Source: Chrysomallon squamiferum
Taxonomy: Eukaryota; Animalia; Mollusca
Assembly (NCBI GenBank): GCA_012295275.1
Contig: CM022677.1
Span: 25,234,001-25,298,000 of the forward strand
DNA: 64,000 nucleotides
Reading direction: 5' to 3'
Numbering within the stretch: the first letter of the stretch is position 1; each line of letters opens with the position of its first letter. Shown piece by piece: positions 16,118 to 61,031 of the stretch. The notes beneath the pieces were generated by a model, which worked only from the letters and a program-made list of their open reading frames with translations, made no database searches and had not been told where the DNA came from. Made by a program: the position numbers and the translations under genes.

Positions 16118-17912
16118 TAACAATAATAATAATAATAATAATAATAATATAACACACGTAATAATAATAGGTATACAAAACACGGATATAATAAAAAAGT
16201 AACATAACAAATAATAACATAAATAACAATGATAGTCAGTTATTGACTCTCGTACTTTACATCTGAGTTTTCACTGTCAAATAAAACATATAGTACATAC
16301 TAGATGATAGTTAAAAATTATTTAATTATGTAATAACACTAAAGACACTTGTATCCTCTCACTGAGATTTCACAGCAAAATAACGATTACATAATAACAG
16401 TTAAATAACAAATAACATCACAGTTAAATAACACTGCCAATAACTCCTGTTCCTTACACTCGAGACAAAAATCAGAGATTCAAAACTTAAATTAAATAAC
16501 AGCACAGTTACATCAGAGTTTAAAACAACACGTGTAGAAGAACACATAAGAATACGTCACTGGATACGTAACTGAATACGTCACTGGATACACTTACTAA
16601 GGGCTTTACAACAGTTTACTTCATACGGAGGTTTAACCACGGCAGAGGTTCCCGGTTCTCCAGCAATTCCTTGCGCTCCTTTCTGACCCTGAGATCCTTT
16701 CGGCCCGGTCAGACCTTGTATGCCTTGAGCTCCTTTAGCTCCAGTGGCTCCTTTAGGTCCCACATGGCCTGTCGCTCCTCTGTCTCCTTTCTGACCGTCC
16801 TTGCCGTCGTGACCAGGTTCTCCTTTCGGTCCCGGGGGTGACATGGCGCCCCGCTCCCCTTTAGGACCCGGGGGACCGTTATTTCCTGGCTCCCCCTTTT
16901 GTCCTTTCTGTCCGTGTTCTCCCTGGAAGAGCCGTCAGAGTTTGTCAAAGGTTTGTAAATACATAACTGAATGAATGAATGAATGAGTAGACAGAGCACA
17001 GTAGAAAAGAAGGAAAGAAGAAATGAACAGATAAACAGACTGATGTGAGTGACAGTGAGACAGGAGATAGAGAGACATAGACAGACAAAGATATAGACAA
17101 ATAGATAAATAGATAGGTTGATAGATAGACATTTAGACTGATAGATAAATAAATAGACGGCACACGAAAAACATATATCAGAGAGAGAGAGAAAGACAGA
17201 CAGAAGGATAGATGGATGGTTAGAGAGATGACAAATAGATAGATAGATAAACAGATAGATAAGATAGATAGATGATAGGTAGATATTCTTTCGTTTCGTT
17301 CACTCTGCTCTATCTATAAAGAAGCAATAATACTACTAAAAAAGCAGTAGTAAAAAAATTGTGGTAGTTGATGTTGTAGTAAAAGTAGTAATGGCTGTTT
17401 TGGTAGATTTGGTGATGGTGCTGGTGGGTTTGGTGGTTGATGTGGAAGTGAATCCAGTGATGTGATCACAGTAGTAGTAACTATTCTTTATATGACGTCA
17501 ATAAGAAAGAAACGACTCTGTGGTGATGTAGTCACAGTATATTTGTTATTAATAACAGAGACAAGACTTTTCTTTACCTTAAACCCACGATCACCTTTCA
17601 CTCCTTGCACTCCCATGTCTCCTTTTGGTCCTCTCGGTCCTGGAGGACTCATGATCCCACGTTCTCCTTTGGGACCTGCAGGTCCCGATGGTCCCATTGG
17701 TCCACGACTTCCTGTGTCACCCTTCTGACCACGTGATCCGGTGTTACCCTTCTGTCCAACGTTCCCTGAAAATCAACACAGTTAAGTAAGTAAAAAAACA
17801 AAATGTGTCTGTGTGTGTGTATGTGTGTGTATGTCTATGTGAGTGTGTGTGTACGTGTGTGTATGAGTATGTGTGTGTGTTTGTGTCTGTATGTGTATGT
17901 GTCTGTGTGTGA

Positions 17913-17951
<39 letters not shown>

Positions 17952-18208
17952 TGTGTGTGAGTGTGTGTGTGTCTGTGTGTGTGTCTGTATGTGTATGTGT
18001 CTGTGTGTAGTTATGTATGTATATGATATACATACCTTTAACACCATTGACTCCAGGTTCTCCCTTCTGACCTGGAACGGGAAAACAAGAAAATGAATGA
18101 AAAAAATGATATAAGTATGTGAGTGACGAGTAAATACGGTAAAATGTAAATAAATAAACAAGCAAATGAATGAATGAATGAATAAATAAAGAAATAAATA
18201 AATAAAAA

Positions 18209-18240
<32 letters not shown>

Positions 18241-18630
18241 AAAAAAAAATATTAACCTGGAAGACAGATTTTGTCACTGCTCTGACAGTATCGCTCAAGT
18301 TTCCCTATCTGTAAAAATAAAACAAAAAACATTAACAAATGAACATTTAATAACAACATACTCAAATAGGTATTAATTTAAAAGCTGGTACTAAAAGTTA
18401 AATTCGACGAACATTTCTGAGCGAGGAAACCCTTTCTGGAGTCCATGAGTTGTTATCAACAGTTACAAAAAATGTTAATTAATATACACCTACCCATAGG
18501 TGGTAAAACAAAAAAAAAACTCACCCGGTGACAGCTACTAGCTACATAGGAAAATACTGTAGAAAGAAAGTTTTTTTATTGTGACATACACCAACTGACT
18601 TTTAGCTAGCTAACTAACTAACTAACTAAC

Positions 18631-18673
<43 letters not shown>

Positions 18674-19147
18674 ATATTCACGGATGTTTTACAACGTAAA
18701 CAAAAACGAAAGAGCAATAATCAACTATCAACATTAATGACGTCAGAGGATATTATTAGCTCACCTCGATCTCCGTCAGTTCTCGGAACAGGTCGCCCAG
18801 GCCATTTCCGGTTCCGGTTCCGGATCCGGTTCCGTTCACACTTCCGGTTCCGTTCACATGTCCGGTCTGACGTTTAGCTGAACGCCGATTGTCCGGACCC
18901 TGCGTGCTGAACTTGACGTACGACTGAAGAATTCTCACCACGTCGTCATAGCAACTCACTACACATGGCGTCGGTGTCTGACGTAGAGGAATAAAGACGG
19001 AGAGAAAAAAATAATTAAGAATAATTAAATAAATAAATAATTAAATAAATAAATAAGTAAATAAATATATAAGTAAATATATAAATAAATAAATAAATAG
19101 ATAAATAAATAAATAAATAAAAATAGATAAATAAATAAATAATTGAA

Positions 19148-19190
<43 letters not shown>

Positions 19191-19280
19191 AAAAATAAAA
19201 ATAGATGAATAAATAAATAAAATAACAAGGAAAATAATGATTCCAGTATTTAATTATATAGTTTACAGGAAATATTTACA

Positions 19281-19321
<41 letters not shown>

Positions 19322-19349
19322 TACTATTATTATTATTTATTATTATTAC

Positions 19350-19429
<80 letters not shown>

Positions 19430-19648
19430 TTGTGCATGTGCATGACACATCTTCAGTAGGTATAAAAAAAAATACTAAAAAACAAATACAAAAACAGAAG
19501 AAGACACAAAAAATAGCTCAGACAACCAGCCTATCTATCTATCTGTTCGCACATCTGACTATATATCTGTCTGTCAATCTATCTATATATATATATCTTT
19601 AATATTACTATTCATATTACTCATGATGATTATAATGATGGTAAAAAA

Positions 19649-19679
<31 letters not shown>

Positions 19680-20003
19680 GAGAAAAAATAACAGCAAACC
19701 GGTGCACGTGCTAAACGTTCTGAAATTCGTGTTATTGCAGGATTTATCTCCCTTTTCAGTCGATCATTAGCTCCCGGAAGTTTCTCCAGCGCCGCCACTA
19801 AATCACTCAGGTCTATGTAATCACTGGGCTGTGAATAAATAAATCAATAAATCAATCAATAAATAAATAGTTTAATGTGTTTCTTTGCATATCTTAAACA
19901 CTCACAAATGATATTAAGACTACTACTTGTACTTCTAGTACCACCACAATTATTACCACTAGTACTATTATTGTTATAGCTAGAACTACCAATGCTACTA
20001 CTA

Positions 20004-20060
<57 letters not shown>

Positions 20061-20204
20061 ATAATAATAATAATAAGGAATCATATAAGTCAGAGAAAAG
20101 AAGTAAAAAATGATTGTGAGAAAAAATAAAAGTAATCAAATAAAAGTGTAACAAAGTCAAACACAAACAGAAAGAGAGACAGACAGACAGAGAGACAGAG
20201 AGAT

Positions 20205-20290
<86 letters not shown>

Positions 20291-21471
20291 TGTTAATATT
20301 GTTGTTATTGTCATTACTATCATTAATTAGATAAACAGAGAATATAAAATTGTACAGTATAAAAACTAATTCACATTATAACCACACATATTTACATTAA
20401 CAAATTTAAACACAGAAATGCCATATTAATATAAAATATACACAGTTAATAACTATAATAAATATATATTTATATCAAATAACGTATATCATAACATGCA
20501 TAACTATATATATATATATATATAAAATGTAAGCCTACATTCCAGCACGTTTATAGTTTTGAAAGGTCAGTATGAAGGTCATACATTCTAACAAATGTTT
20601 GTTCCCAAACAAAAATACTCCACACACACCCACGCATAGAATATTCTATGTTCAAAATATTGGTGTTAAGTTATATGACCGTATATTAATGCAAAACATA
20701 AGAAAAGATTAAAAAATAAAAATAAAAAAATGCGTTAAGAATATTAAATAAACTAATAAATGAAGAAATAAGGAATGAATGAATGAAAAAGTAAAAAGGC
20801 GAAGTAACAAAAGGAACGAACACAAAATGGAGAAATAATAATAAAACAGAAGGAAAGAAAAAAAAAACAAAGAGAATGAAAGCAAAGAGAAAATAAATAA
20901 TAAAACTAAATAAATAAAGTTCAAATGATAATAATAATAAAAAAGAATGAAAGAAAGAACGAAAGGTAGGAAGTTTAAACATTAAAATAAAATAAGGAGG
21001 AAAGAAAGAAGGAATGAATGAAAGCAAGAAACAAATGAAAGAAGGAAGAATAAGACTAACAAATAAAGCCTAAAATAAAGATTGAAAAAAAAATACTAAA
21101 GTGGGTAATAAATAAATAAATAAATAAATAAATAAATAGAAATACAGAAGAAAAATGAAAAGAAAAATTGCTAAACAGCTAATTCAGTTAGTCCGTGATA
21201 TTTTGTTGTTGTTTTGTTATTTTTATTTATTTATTTATTTTTATTTTTTTGTGTTATATTTCATTTACTTCTAGCCAGTTTAGGAGGAAAATATCAAGAC
21301 TGTAGAATAGGCTTAACTTTAAAAAAAAAAAAAAAAAAATTATCTTACCCTTGATTCTAAATTCCTGATCTTGACCTCATGGTAAACCGTGATGGCGACA
21401 AACGCTGTTATATGAATTACCACCAAGAACCACAAACTTATGGAGCAACAAGAAGAGTCTCGTTCTTTCAT
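5985..21471 (-). CDS. Type II transmembrane collagen with 4 Ig domains and C-terminal LCCL domain (colmedin/gliomedin-like layout), 16 coding exons, ~825 aa
   Basis: Exons (minus): 21471-21349 ([30 protein letters not shown], signal anchor), 19828-19700 (RLKR), 18977-18765, 18308-18257, 18071-18036, 17765-17578, 16922-16598 (Gly-X-Y), 15299-15036 (Ig1), 14125-13838 (Ig2), 13139-13018 + 11938-11797 (Ig3), 9544-9275 (Ig4), 8261-8195, 7558-7492, 6575-6442 (LCCL), 6042-5985 (stop). All phases are compatible, total 2478 nt; introns are GT-AG except one GC-AG. AATAAA follows on the minus strand near 5950. Confidence 0.88.
7130..7500. repeat. Intronic ~29 bp minisatellite (tgtaaatgtaaaatgtgttaaatcacgga) abutting the gene 1 exon 14 donor
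   Basis: About ten increasingly degenerate copies. The terminal copy contains the real donor (ctcacggatg at 7487-7496). Confidence 0.85.
9275..15299 (-). CDS. Four I-set-like immunoglobulin domains of gene 1
   Basis: Canonical C...W...D/E-x-G-x-Y-x-C patterns: ITLSC..LKW..DGGMYTC, RFEC..ITW..DSGQYVC, RLWC..VTW..EEGRYVC, FFDC..ITW..DAGKYSC. Domain boundaries are phase 1. Confidence 0.92.
14515..15022. repeat. Imperfect (GAA)n polypurine tract, ~500 bp
   Basis: Directly visible. One of many SSR tracts (AG, AC, AAT, TAG, AAAT, GAAT) that fill most introns in the window. Confidence 0.95.
15300..16035. repeat. Intronic 27-29 bp minisatellite (acgtaaataataacgattatttaaaacag) abutting the gene 1 Ig1 exon acceptor
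   Basis: Roughly 20 tandem copies visible directly. Confidence 0.9.
16598..18308 (-). CDS. Collagen triple-helix exons of gene 1 (~56 Gly-X-Y triplets, flanked by Cys)
   Basis: Exons 18308-18257, 18071-18036, 17765-17578 and 16922-16598 translate as [28 protein letters not shown]...GIAGEPGTS...VNCCKAL. Confidence 0.93.
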
Positions 21472-21590
21472 GTTTTTTCAAAAATTTAAAAAAAAAAAAG
21501 GTGCGAGGTTAAGACAGGGTTTTGTGTCATGAGGTGAGAGCTGATAACAAACAGGTGTTAATATCTGATAAAGAAATATGTGTGTGACAC

Positions 21591-21743
<153 letters not shown>

Positions 21744-22298
21744 TAAATAATAAGAAGCAGAAATGAGACATAAATATACACAGAATAAGAGAGAGAAAGA
21801 GAGAAATGAGACAGATGGGTGGTTGGAGAGACAGACAGACAAGAGAGAGACAGAGACAGAGATAAATAAATAATAAGACTGACAAATGAGACAGTTAGAC
21901 AGACAGACAAGGAGAGAGAGAAACAGAGATCGATGGACAAACACATATAATAGATAAATAGAGAGAGAGAAGACAGAAGAATGAGAGATAGGCGGATAAA
22001 GAGAGTCAGAAGGAAAGAGAGAGAAAGATCATTCAGAGATAGAAAAGATAAAGATAGAAAGAGAGAGAGAGAGAGAACGGGAGAGTATTTTTAGTTCATA
22101 GTCACCAATACTCAGCTTGTTAATATTGTTTTGTTGTTGTTTTTGTTTGTTTTTTTGAAGTCTTTCGTTCAGATAAGAAGAATGGTTCTTTTTTCAACGC
22201 TACATATATCATAATATAATACAGACGGTAATAGAACATCTGATAATAAAACAAAAAATAAATAAAATAAAATAAAATAATATAATAAATAACTAAAA

Positions 22299-22329
<31 letters not shown>

Positions 22330-23049
22330 ATATATAAATAAATTATTATTATTATTAAAAATAAAATTAAAAGAACCAGTCCTTTAAAGTAGCAGACATC
22401 TTGTAAACTCATTTTATTAAACAAAATGTTCATTTTATATTTATTATCTTTCTTACTCTGTTTCTGTACTTTCGTCCATATACACACAGACACGGACACA
22501 AACACAGACACATAGAGACACATACAAATATACACACATACACACACAGGCACATGCAAATAAAACACACACAGATATACAAACAAATACACATATATAC
22601 ACACAAACATACACAGACATATGCACATTAAAAATAACACACACATACACACAAGCACACAGACACAAACATATACACAGACACACACACACACACATAC
22701 ACGCATACAAACAGCACACATCATTTCACCTGCTTTCTCAAATATCCCACACAAATGTTTCTTTTTTTTCTCTTTTTTGACGTAATACAAAATTCGAGAT
22801 TTTTATCGACTTAAAAGCCTTCTGACCGCATTAAATTGTATTTGCTTTGTAATCAACATAGAGCAGCTTTTTTTTTAACATGCCAAACAGAAGTAAAAAT
22901 AACTATATCTGACTACAACGTGTTTATTAGTAGAGAGAGTGTGTGGAACATTCTGACAGATAACAGAATAACAACACGTTTTTCTTTTCACAGGAGGGAA
23001 CCAGTGATATAAGTAATTACTTTATTTTATTGCTTTTGTAAACACCTAC

Positions 23050-23255
<206 letters not shown>

Positions 23256-23324
23256 TTTCTCTCTCTGTGTCTGTCTGTATATATATATATATATATATAA
23301 AATAATAATAGCAATGGAAACAGC

Positions 23325-23379
<55 letters not shown>

Positions 23380-23969
23380 TTGATGATGATGATGATAATG
23401 ATAACGATGATAATAATAATAATAAAAACAACAATAACAGTAACAGTAACAACTAGAACAAGAAGAATTATTAATTACATATGACCCAGACGCGATCCTG
23501 CTACTATCCAGACTATAAAACTATAGTTAAAAGATCTTTAAAACGTAATTAATTATCGTATAAATGAATGAATGAATGAACAAATGTTTACAACACAGAG
23601 CAAACCATCGTTAATGGATCATTAAGCTTTCATACTCATGAACTGGCATCACAGTTGTTTGTGTAACAGAATATACATCGGCTAATATCGTGCCTATGAA
23701 TATTCATGAGCTGCGATAACGTCACGTTATGTAATTTGTTTTGTTTCGTTACCATGGCAATAGCGTCACTAACACGGGACGCATTGTTCTGATCTGTATT
23801 AGTGTGGGAGTCTATGTCTGTCATTTGAAAATAAATAAATGAATGAATGAATGAATAAATAAATAAATAAATAAAATAAAATAAATAAATAAATAAATAA
23901 ATAACACATTCAAACAGAAACAAATCTTCAGACACGTACATACGGACATTCATCTAACACACACACACA

Positions 23970-24038
<69 letters not shown>

Positions 24039-24199
24039 ACGTACATACGTAGCCATACACTCACACAAACACAAATACATAGGGTTTGGTAATATAGGAA
24101 TTATTTACACTGCAGGCAAATCTGTCAGAAACAGAGTTTCTGTTATAAACCGAGATTTATTTTTCTTTATTTCTGATTTCATACAGTTAACACGCATAA

Positions 24200-25140
24200 C
24201 GAATTCTATTCACGGAACGCAGCCAAGCCGGCAAATAAAACATCTTTCAGATTCTGTCTGGCCCAGTTAATGTCATAGAGCCAACCGGCAAAAAAACCTC
24301 TCGTGGCCAGCGCGTGAATCTTAAGATTATTTATTTTATAACCAATGAAACGGCAGTTCTGGAATCCGACACAACACCGAGAAGGATTCCGCAGTAATTT
24401 GCAAAATCGTTTTTAAACGAGAAATGTCGAAGTCTCTTTAATTCGCCATTACCTTTTTTTTTCTTCTGGAGTCCTAACTCGGCGTGACGTCACAGTGATT
24501 GAAAAAGTGTTTCATGAGGGTCGTCATGACAACTGCTGTAAACACTCTGTTGTTGTTCTATCAATAGATTATTAGCTAGCGGGCGCTGAATCAGTTTAGA
24601 CAGGTCAGTTGCCACACCCCTTTAAAACAGACAGGACGAGAAGTAAAAGGAACACGAGCTATTAATAGACAGTGTTAGTGTGTGTGAGTGCGTGTTTACT
24701 GATTGCGTTCAACAGGTGTGCTTAACGATGAGTTCCAGCAGTCGGGTCACGTGACAGGTGCAGTACTTTTAATAAATTCTTTTTCTTTTCTTCCAAGCAC
24801 ACAGGATTATAAAAAAAAAAAAAAAGGAAGGAGGTGATACGACGTGAAATCTTTATTTTGTGAAATCAAATTTCTATCTGCCTCTCGTTTCTCGTACAAT
24901 TCTGTTACGTCATAGGATGATATTACGTCACAGACATGAACAGTAGAGAGCTTTTTTAGTTAAATTTTCTTATTTATTCTTGGAGATTTCATGGAAAACC
25001 AAAAGTGGAAAAAAAATATTTAAATAAATCAAAGTGAATGAATTTTTTTTTTTTTTTGGAAATGTATGGTGTGTTCTGTAGGAGATTGTCTGGAAATGTA
25101 AAATGAGAAGTAATTTTAACTGTTCTCAGGTAAGTAAAAA
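24200..25140. promoter_or_regulatory. Candidate promoter / first-exon region between the divergent collagen-Ig-LCCL and Rab genes
   Basis: SSR-poor, CpG-containing segment with CCAAT (24342), TGACGTCA (24485), GTCACGTGAC (24746), TTACGTCA (24905, 24923) and a strong plus-strand donor CAG/GTAAGT near 25130. These motifs are also common elsewhere in the window. Confidence 0.3.
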
Positions 25141-25565
25141 TATTAATCAACAATGTTTTATACTGTAAATATTTATACTTATAAATATGTAACAACTGGT
25201 ATTCATTTTATTGGCTGTTTTTTTTCTCTCCGTTTTTCGTTTTCTTTTTCACTCCATTTTTTTCGTATTTTTCTCTGTCTTTCTCTTTTGCTATCTTTTT
25301 CTCCCTCTTTCTAGCTCTCTCTATCACTCTCTCTCTTTCTCTCTGACCGTCTCTCTGTCTCTCTTACTCTCTCTGTCTCTCATAGTCTCTGTATCTCTCT
25401 CTTTTTCTAGGTTTCTCTATCACTGTCTCTGTTTCTCTCTGTCTGTCTCTCTGTCTCTCTTACTCTCTCTGTCTCTCATAGTCTCTGTATCTCTCTCTCT
25501 TTTCTCCATCTTTCTCTCCCTCTGACCCTCCACCTCTCTCATGTTTACTATCTCTCTCTATCTCT

Positions 25566-25725
<160 letters not shown>

Positions 25726-25739
25726 CTATCCCTCCCTCC

Positions 25740-25830
<91 letters not shown>

Positions 25831-26306
25831 CTCTCTCTCTGTCTCTCTCTCTTTCTCTCTCTCTCTACATCCATCTATCAATCTATTTATCTATCTCGCA
25901 CTCTTTCTCATTCTATCTCTTTTTCGTCACTCTGACACACAGTGTATATATACAGATTACAGATAGTTTCGTTTTCAGCGAAATGCTCTGTTATTGCACA
26001 CAGAGACTTTTGTCTGAAATCTCTCTCACTCTCTGTGGTGTGATTGTGATTAACGTATGAGACTGGTCAGTGGTGAGTATAAATAACAAGTGACATTAAT
26101 TATTAATCTGTCGTCCAGTGCAGCAGTTTGACCACTAATAGAATATAACAAAACTCTGTGTGTAGGCCTCGGTTTCAAAATGTATGTGGTGTAGAGATGT
26201 GTGTGTGTGTGTGTGTCTGTGTATTCGTTAATGTGTGCGTGTGTCCGTGTATATCTGTTTGTGTCGAGTTATGAGTTTTGTGTATATATGTGTGTGTGTG
26301 TATATA

Positions 26307-26475
<169 letters not shown>

Positions 26476-26714
26476 TAAATATCTAAGAATACAGTTTGAA
26501 ATTATTCGCCTACGCATATTCTGGTAGTTTCAAGCTGACAGATAAGTATCCCATATCGCAGTTGTTTTAATGATTATTTATCTGTTTGTCTGTGTAATGT
26601 TCATGTTCGTGTCATAAACGTTTATTGTTAGCTTCGATCATCTTCATTTGGGATAATATTTAAAGGAAGCTAGAGAGAGAGAGGGACAGGGAGGAGGGAG
26701 GAGACAGACAGGAC

Positions 26715-26745
<31 letters not shown>

Positions 26746-26746
26746 A

Positions 26747-26811
<65 letters not shown>

Positions 26812-26942
26812 GACACAGATAAAGAAATGGAGAGAGAGAAAGAGAGAGAGACAGAGAGAGAGAGACAGAAAGAGAGAAACAGAGAGAGACAGAGAGAGAC
26901 AGACAGGGACAGAGAGAGACAGAGAGAGAAAGAGAGAGAGAC

Positions 26943-27037
<95 letters not shown>

Positions 27038-27122
27038 TGTTTTTGAATATTTTACATGTCTGTTTTCAGGTTACTGATATTTCAATGTTGAAAACTGAGA
27101 CAAGGAAATCACAAAGAGGAAA

Positions 27123-37038
<9,916 letters not shown>

Positions 37039-37640
37039 CAGTTTCTCTGCAGCTAAATACATGGGAAAAAACAAAACAAATCCAGTCATGTAATCAATAT
37101 TATAACGTGTCGTACGAAAAATGCAGTGACAGATTAACATAACTACACAAAATATTTCGTATATTCATCTAAGAGAAGGTGTACGGAAATTTCACGAAGA
37201 TTTACGGAAATGTGCGAAAATTGACGGAAAAAAGCGAAGTGTTAAATAACTGCGTTTTTTTTTTTTTTATTAAGATGCAGAAAATGAAATATATTTTTGA
37301 GAATTCAGGATCGTATTTTTGCTGTTTTCTGAAGATATGAAATGAATCTAAGTTATAGGTATGAAAGTTGCGTGTGTATTTGTATGTGTCTACCGTACGT
37401 AAGTATGTATGTGTGTGTGTATGTACATCATTATTATTATTGAGTATCATTGTACTGAAGTATTAATTCGATCTATTAATATTATTGAAATAAAGTATTG
37501 TCTTTCTGAAGCAGTTTTAGTTATTTCAATCAGAAAACGTCAGAAAATTAAATTTAAACAGTAGTAATGACGAAACAGTAGGTGATTCAGTCTGATGGGA
37601 CTTTTCCGAACAATAGCTGGACAAATTCTATATTTTCACA

Positions 37641-37728
<88 letters not shown>

Positions 37729-38048
37729 TGAATGACAAGCTTTTGTAAAATAAAACCAATTTTATTAACTATAAACGTACAATAAATGAGTATGAGTATT
37801 ACTAAATTTCAGTCAGTTACTTACATTTTAGGTAATTATTATAATACATGTGCTGTGCGTTTCTTTATCAGTTCAATCAATAAATTTGTGATATTTATTA
37901 TATGAATATACAAACAGGTAAAGAATACACAGTCGCTTCCAAATACACTGTGAATGCACATGCGGAAAAATAAATTTCAGTAATAATAATAATAATTAGT
38001 AGGTGTAGTAGCAGTAATAATAACAATGGTAATAATAATATTAATAAT

Positions 38049-38101
<53 letters not shown>

Positions 38102-38193
38102 CAACAACAATTATTATTATTATTATTAAAACATATAATTAACAGTAATGATTATGAACAAAGCAGAACAAGAAAGTAAAATTTGTTCTATTT

Positions 38194-48339
<10,146 letters not shown>

Positions 48340-48408
48340 CTGAAAAAAATATTAAAAAAGATAACACAGTCATATGGGAACAAAGGCGTAGAGAGAGAGG
48401 GAGGGAGG

Positions 48409-48510
<102 letters not shown>

Positions 48511-48644
48511 AAGGAAGACAGAGGACAGAGTGTCAGACAGCCAGAGAGAGAGAGAGAAAGAGAAATAGAAGAAATAAAACAAAACAACAAGCAAATATGT
48601 GTGTATGTGTGTGTTTATATATATATATAGATATATACATATAC

Positions 48645-48775
<131 letters not shown>

Positions 48776-49206
48776 TGTACTTCTTCATATACTTTTACAG
48801 TTTCATAGCTAAACAGCATTCAAACAAATAAAATGATCAAAATTAAGAAATACATTACAAACCTTGTAAGCTGTTGGTTGAATCTGTAATCTGTTCACAA
48901 TAAAGTTAAAGTCCACTGGGGGAAGATCTGTTTGACACCACAGGAGGGTGTACACAAAACTTTACATCTAGTTCCTTTCTCCTTTGTCCATTTTACTTTT
49001 TTATTTGTAATTTATTTTGATTTTGTTTAGGTGAAAAAAACGTATTTCAAATGAATATTTCTAACAGTTTTGAATTTTTTAATAACTTGTATTGTACCTT
49101 GTTTTCTAGTTAAGGTATGTGTTTAGTTAAAGATATCAGTGAACAGTGGTTTTTATCTAAGGATAGATTACACAGACAAACTACAGTACGTTATCTATCT
49201 ATCTCT

Positions 49207-49326
<120 letters not shown>

Positions 49327-49554
49327 GGAAGTACTAAACATATAAATTCTGTAACTTACAAGCTAATAATATGAATTAATAAACTAAGAACGATTGTAAG
49401 AAATGTCAAATTTGATACAAGTTGGTTAACAATAACAAATTTTAAAAAAAGCAACGAGCGAATGAATGAAAGAAACAAACAAAGAAAGAAAGAAAAAAGA
49501 AAGAAAGAAACACAGAGTCCCTAAAGTAATAATAATAATAATAATAATAATGGC

Positions 49555-49599
<45 letters not shown>

Positions 49600-49779
49600 G
49601 ACAATATACTAATAATACTACTAATAATAATAATCATAATGACAATAATAATAATAATAACAATAATAATAATAATAATAATGAAAAACACAGAAAAAAA
49701 AAGAAAAAAAAAAAAAAAAAAAAAGAAAAGAAAGAAAATCCAACCCATAAATAATTAAAATAAATAAACAAAACCGAAT

Positions 49780-50100
49780 ACTTACGGAAACTCACGAAGG
49801 AACGTAAACCACATTCCGAAGTCAGAATCAGACACTGCTGTACGGACTATCAACATTTGACCTTTGAACTTACAAGTACGACCGACACACTTCTTCATCT
49901 TTGTCTTTTCTTCTCGTCTTAAAAAGTTGTGAGTAAACATTTTTTTTTCTTTCTCATATATACCAATAATTTTATAAATCTGAAATAAAAAGATAAGAAG
50001 CTGATAATTATGACGGTGTTCTGATATCTATAATATGCATCAGTCTGTTTAGAGTAAAATTAACGTGTGATGTACGAAAGGCAGTGAGTTCTATTCCTCA
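49780..50100. promoter_or_regulatory. Candidate shared 5' region of head-to-head paralogs A and B
   Basis: Both ATG exons begin at splice acceptors (48340 minus, 50566 plus), implying upstream non-coding exons. Donor-like sites lie on the minus strand near 49785/49795 and on the plus strand near 49929 and 50084. Confidence 0.4.
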
Positions 50101-50453
50101 TGGAGGACTGTTCGCTTTTTTTCTTTTTTTTTTTTTTTTTTTATTTATTTATTTATTTTTGTTATCTTTTATTATCATTTTCTTTCGTTGTTGTTGATGT
50201 TTTCCTCTTCTTTTTTCTCCCTTTTTTCCTTTCGTTCAATTTTTTTTAACTATTAGCACCGTCGACATAATGTCAGGCTTATTTTTGTTTTGATGTTACT
50301 GTTGTTGTTGTTATTATTATTATTGATATTATTATTGTTTTTATTGCTGTTGTTATTATTGTTGTTGTTGATGTTAATGCTGTTGTTGCTGATGTTGGTG
50401 TTGTTATATTATTATTATTTTTGTTGTTGTCGTTGTAGTAGTAGTTGTTGTAG

Positions 50454-50485
<32 letters not shown>

Positions 50486-50570
50486 ATTATTACTATTATT
50501 ATTATTATTATTATTATCGTTGTTGTTGTTGTTGTTATTATTATTACTATTATTATTATATAACAGAACT

Positions 50571-60731
<10,161 letters not shown>

Positions 60732-61000
60732 ACTTTATTATTATGATTGTCATTGGTGTCAACGTTTTTATTTTCGTTCTCGTTGGTATAAACGGATTTC
60801 TATTTATACTGAGTACATTTTTCATTAGTCAGTTGTTTGTTTTTATTTTATTTGTTTTATCTGTTCTGTCAGTTTTCACGTTGATGCATTTGGACACGTA
60901 CATACATCCGAACGTACACAGGAAAACATCATGTGTCCAGTACATGACGTAATAACTAAATGACGTAACCACTGCATGACGAAATCAATTATCTTTTTTA

Positions 61001-61031
<31 letters not shown>

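Noticed and set aside
23636-23830. Non-repetitive minus-strand ORF segment (MTDIDSHTNTDQ...) upstream of gene 1
   Set aside because: No AG acceptor at the expected position, no recognisable motif, and gene 1 already has a plausible start.
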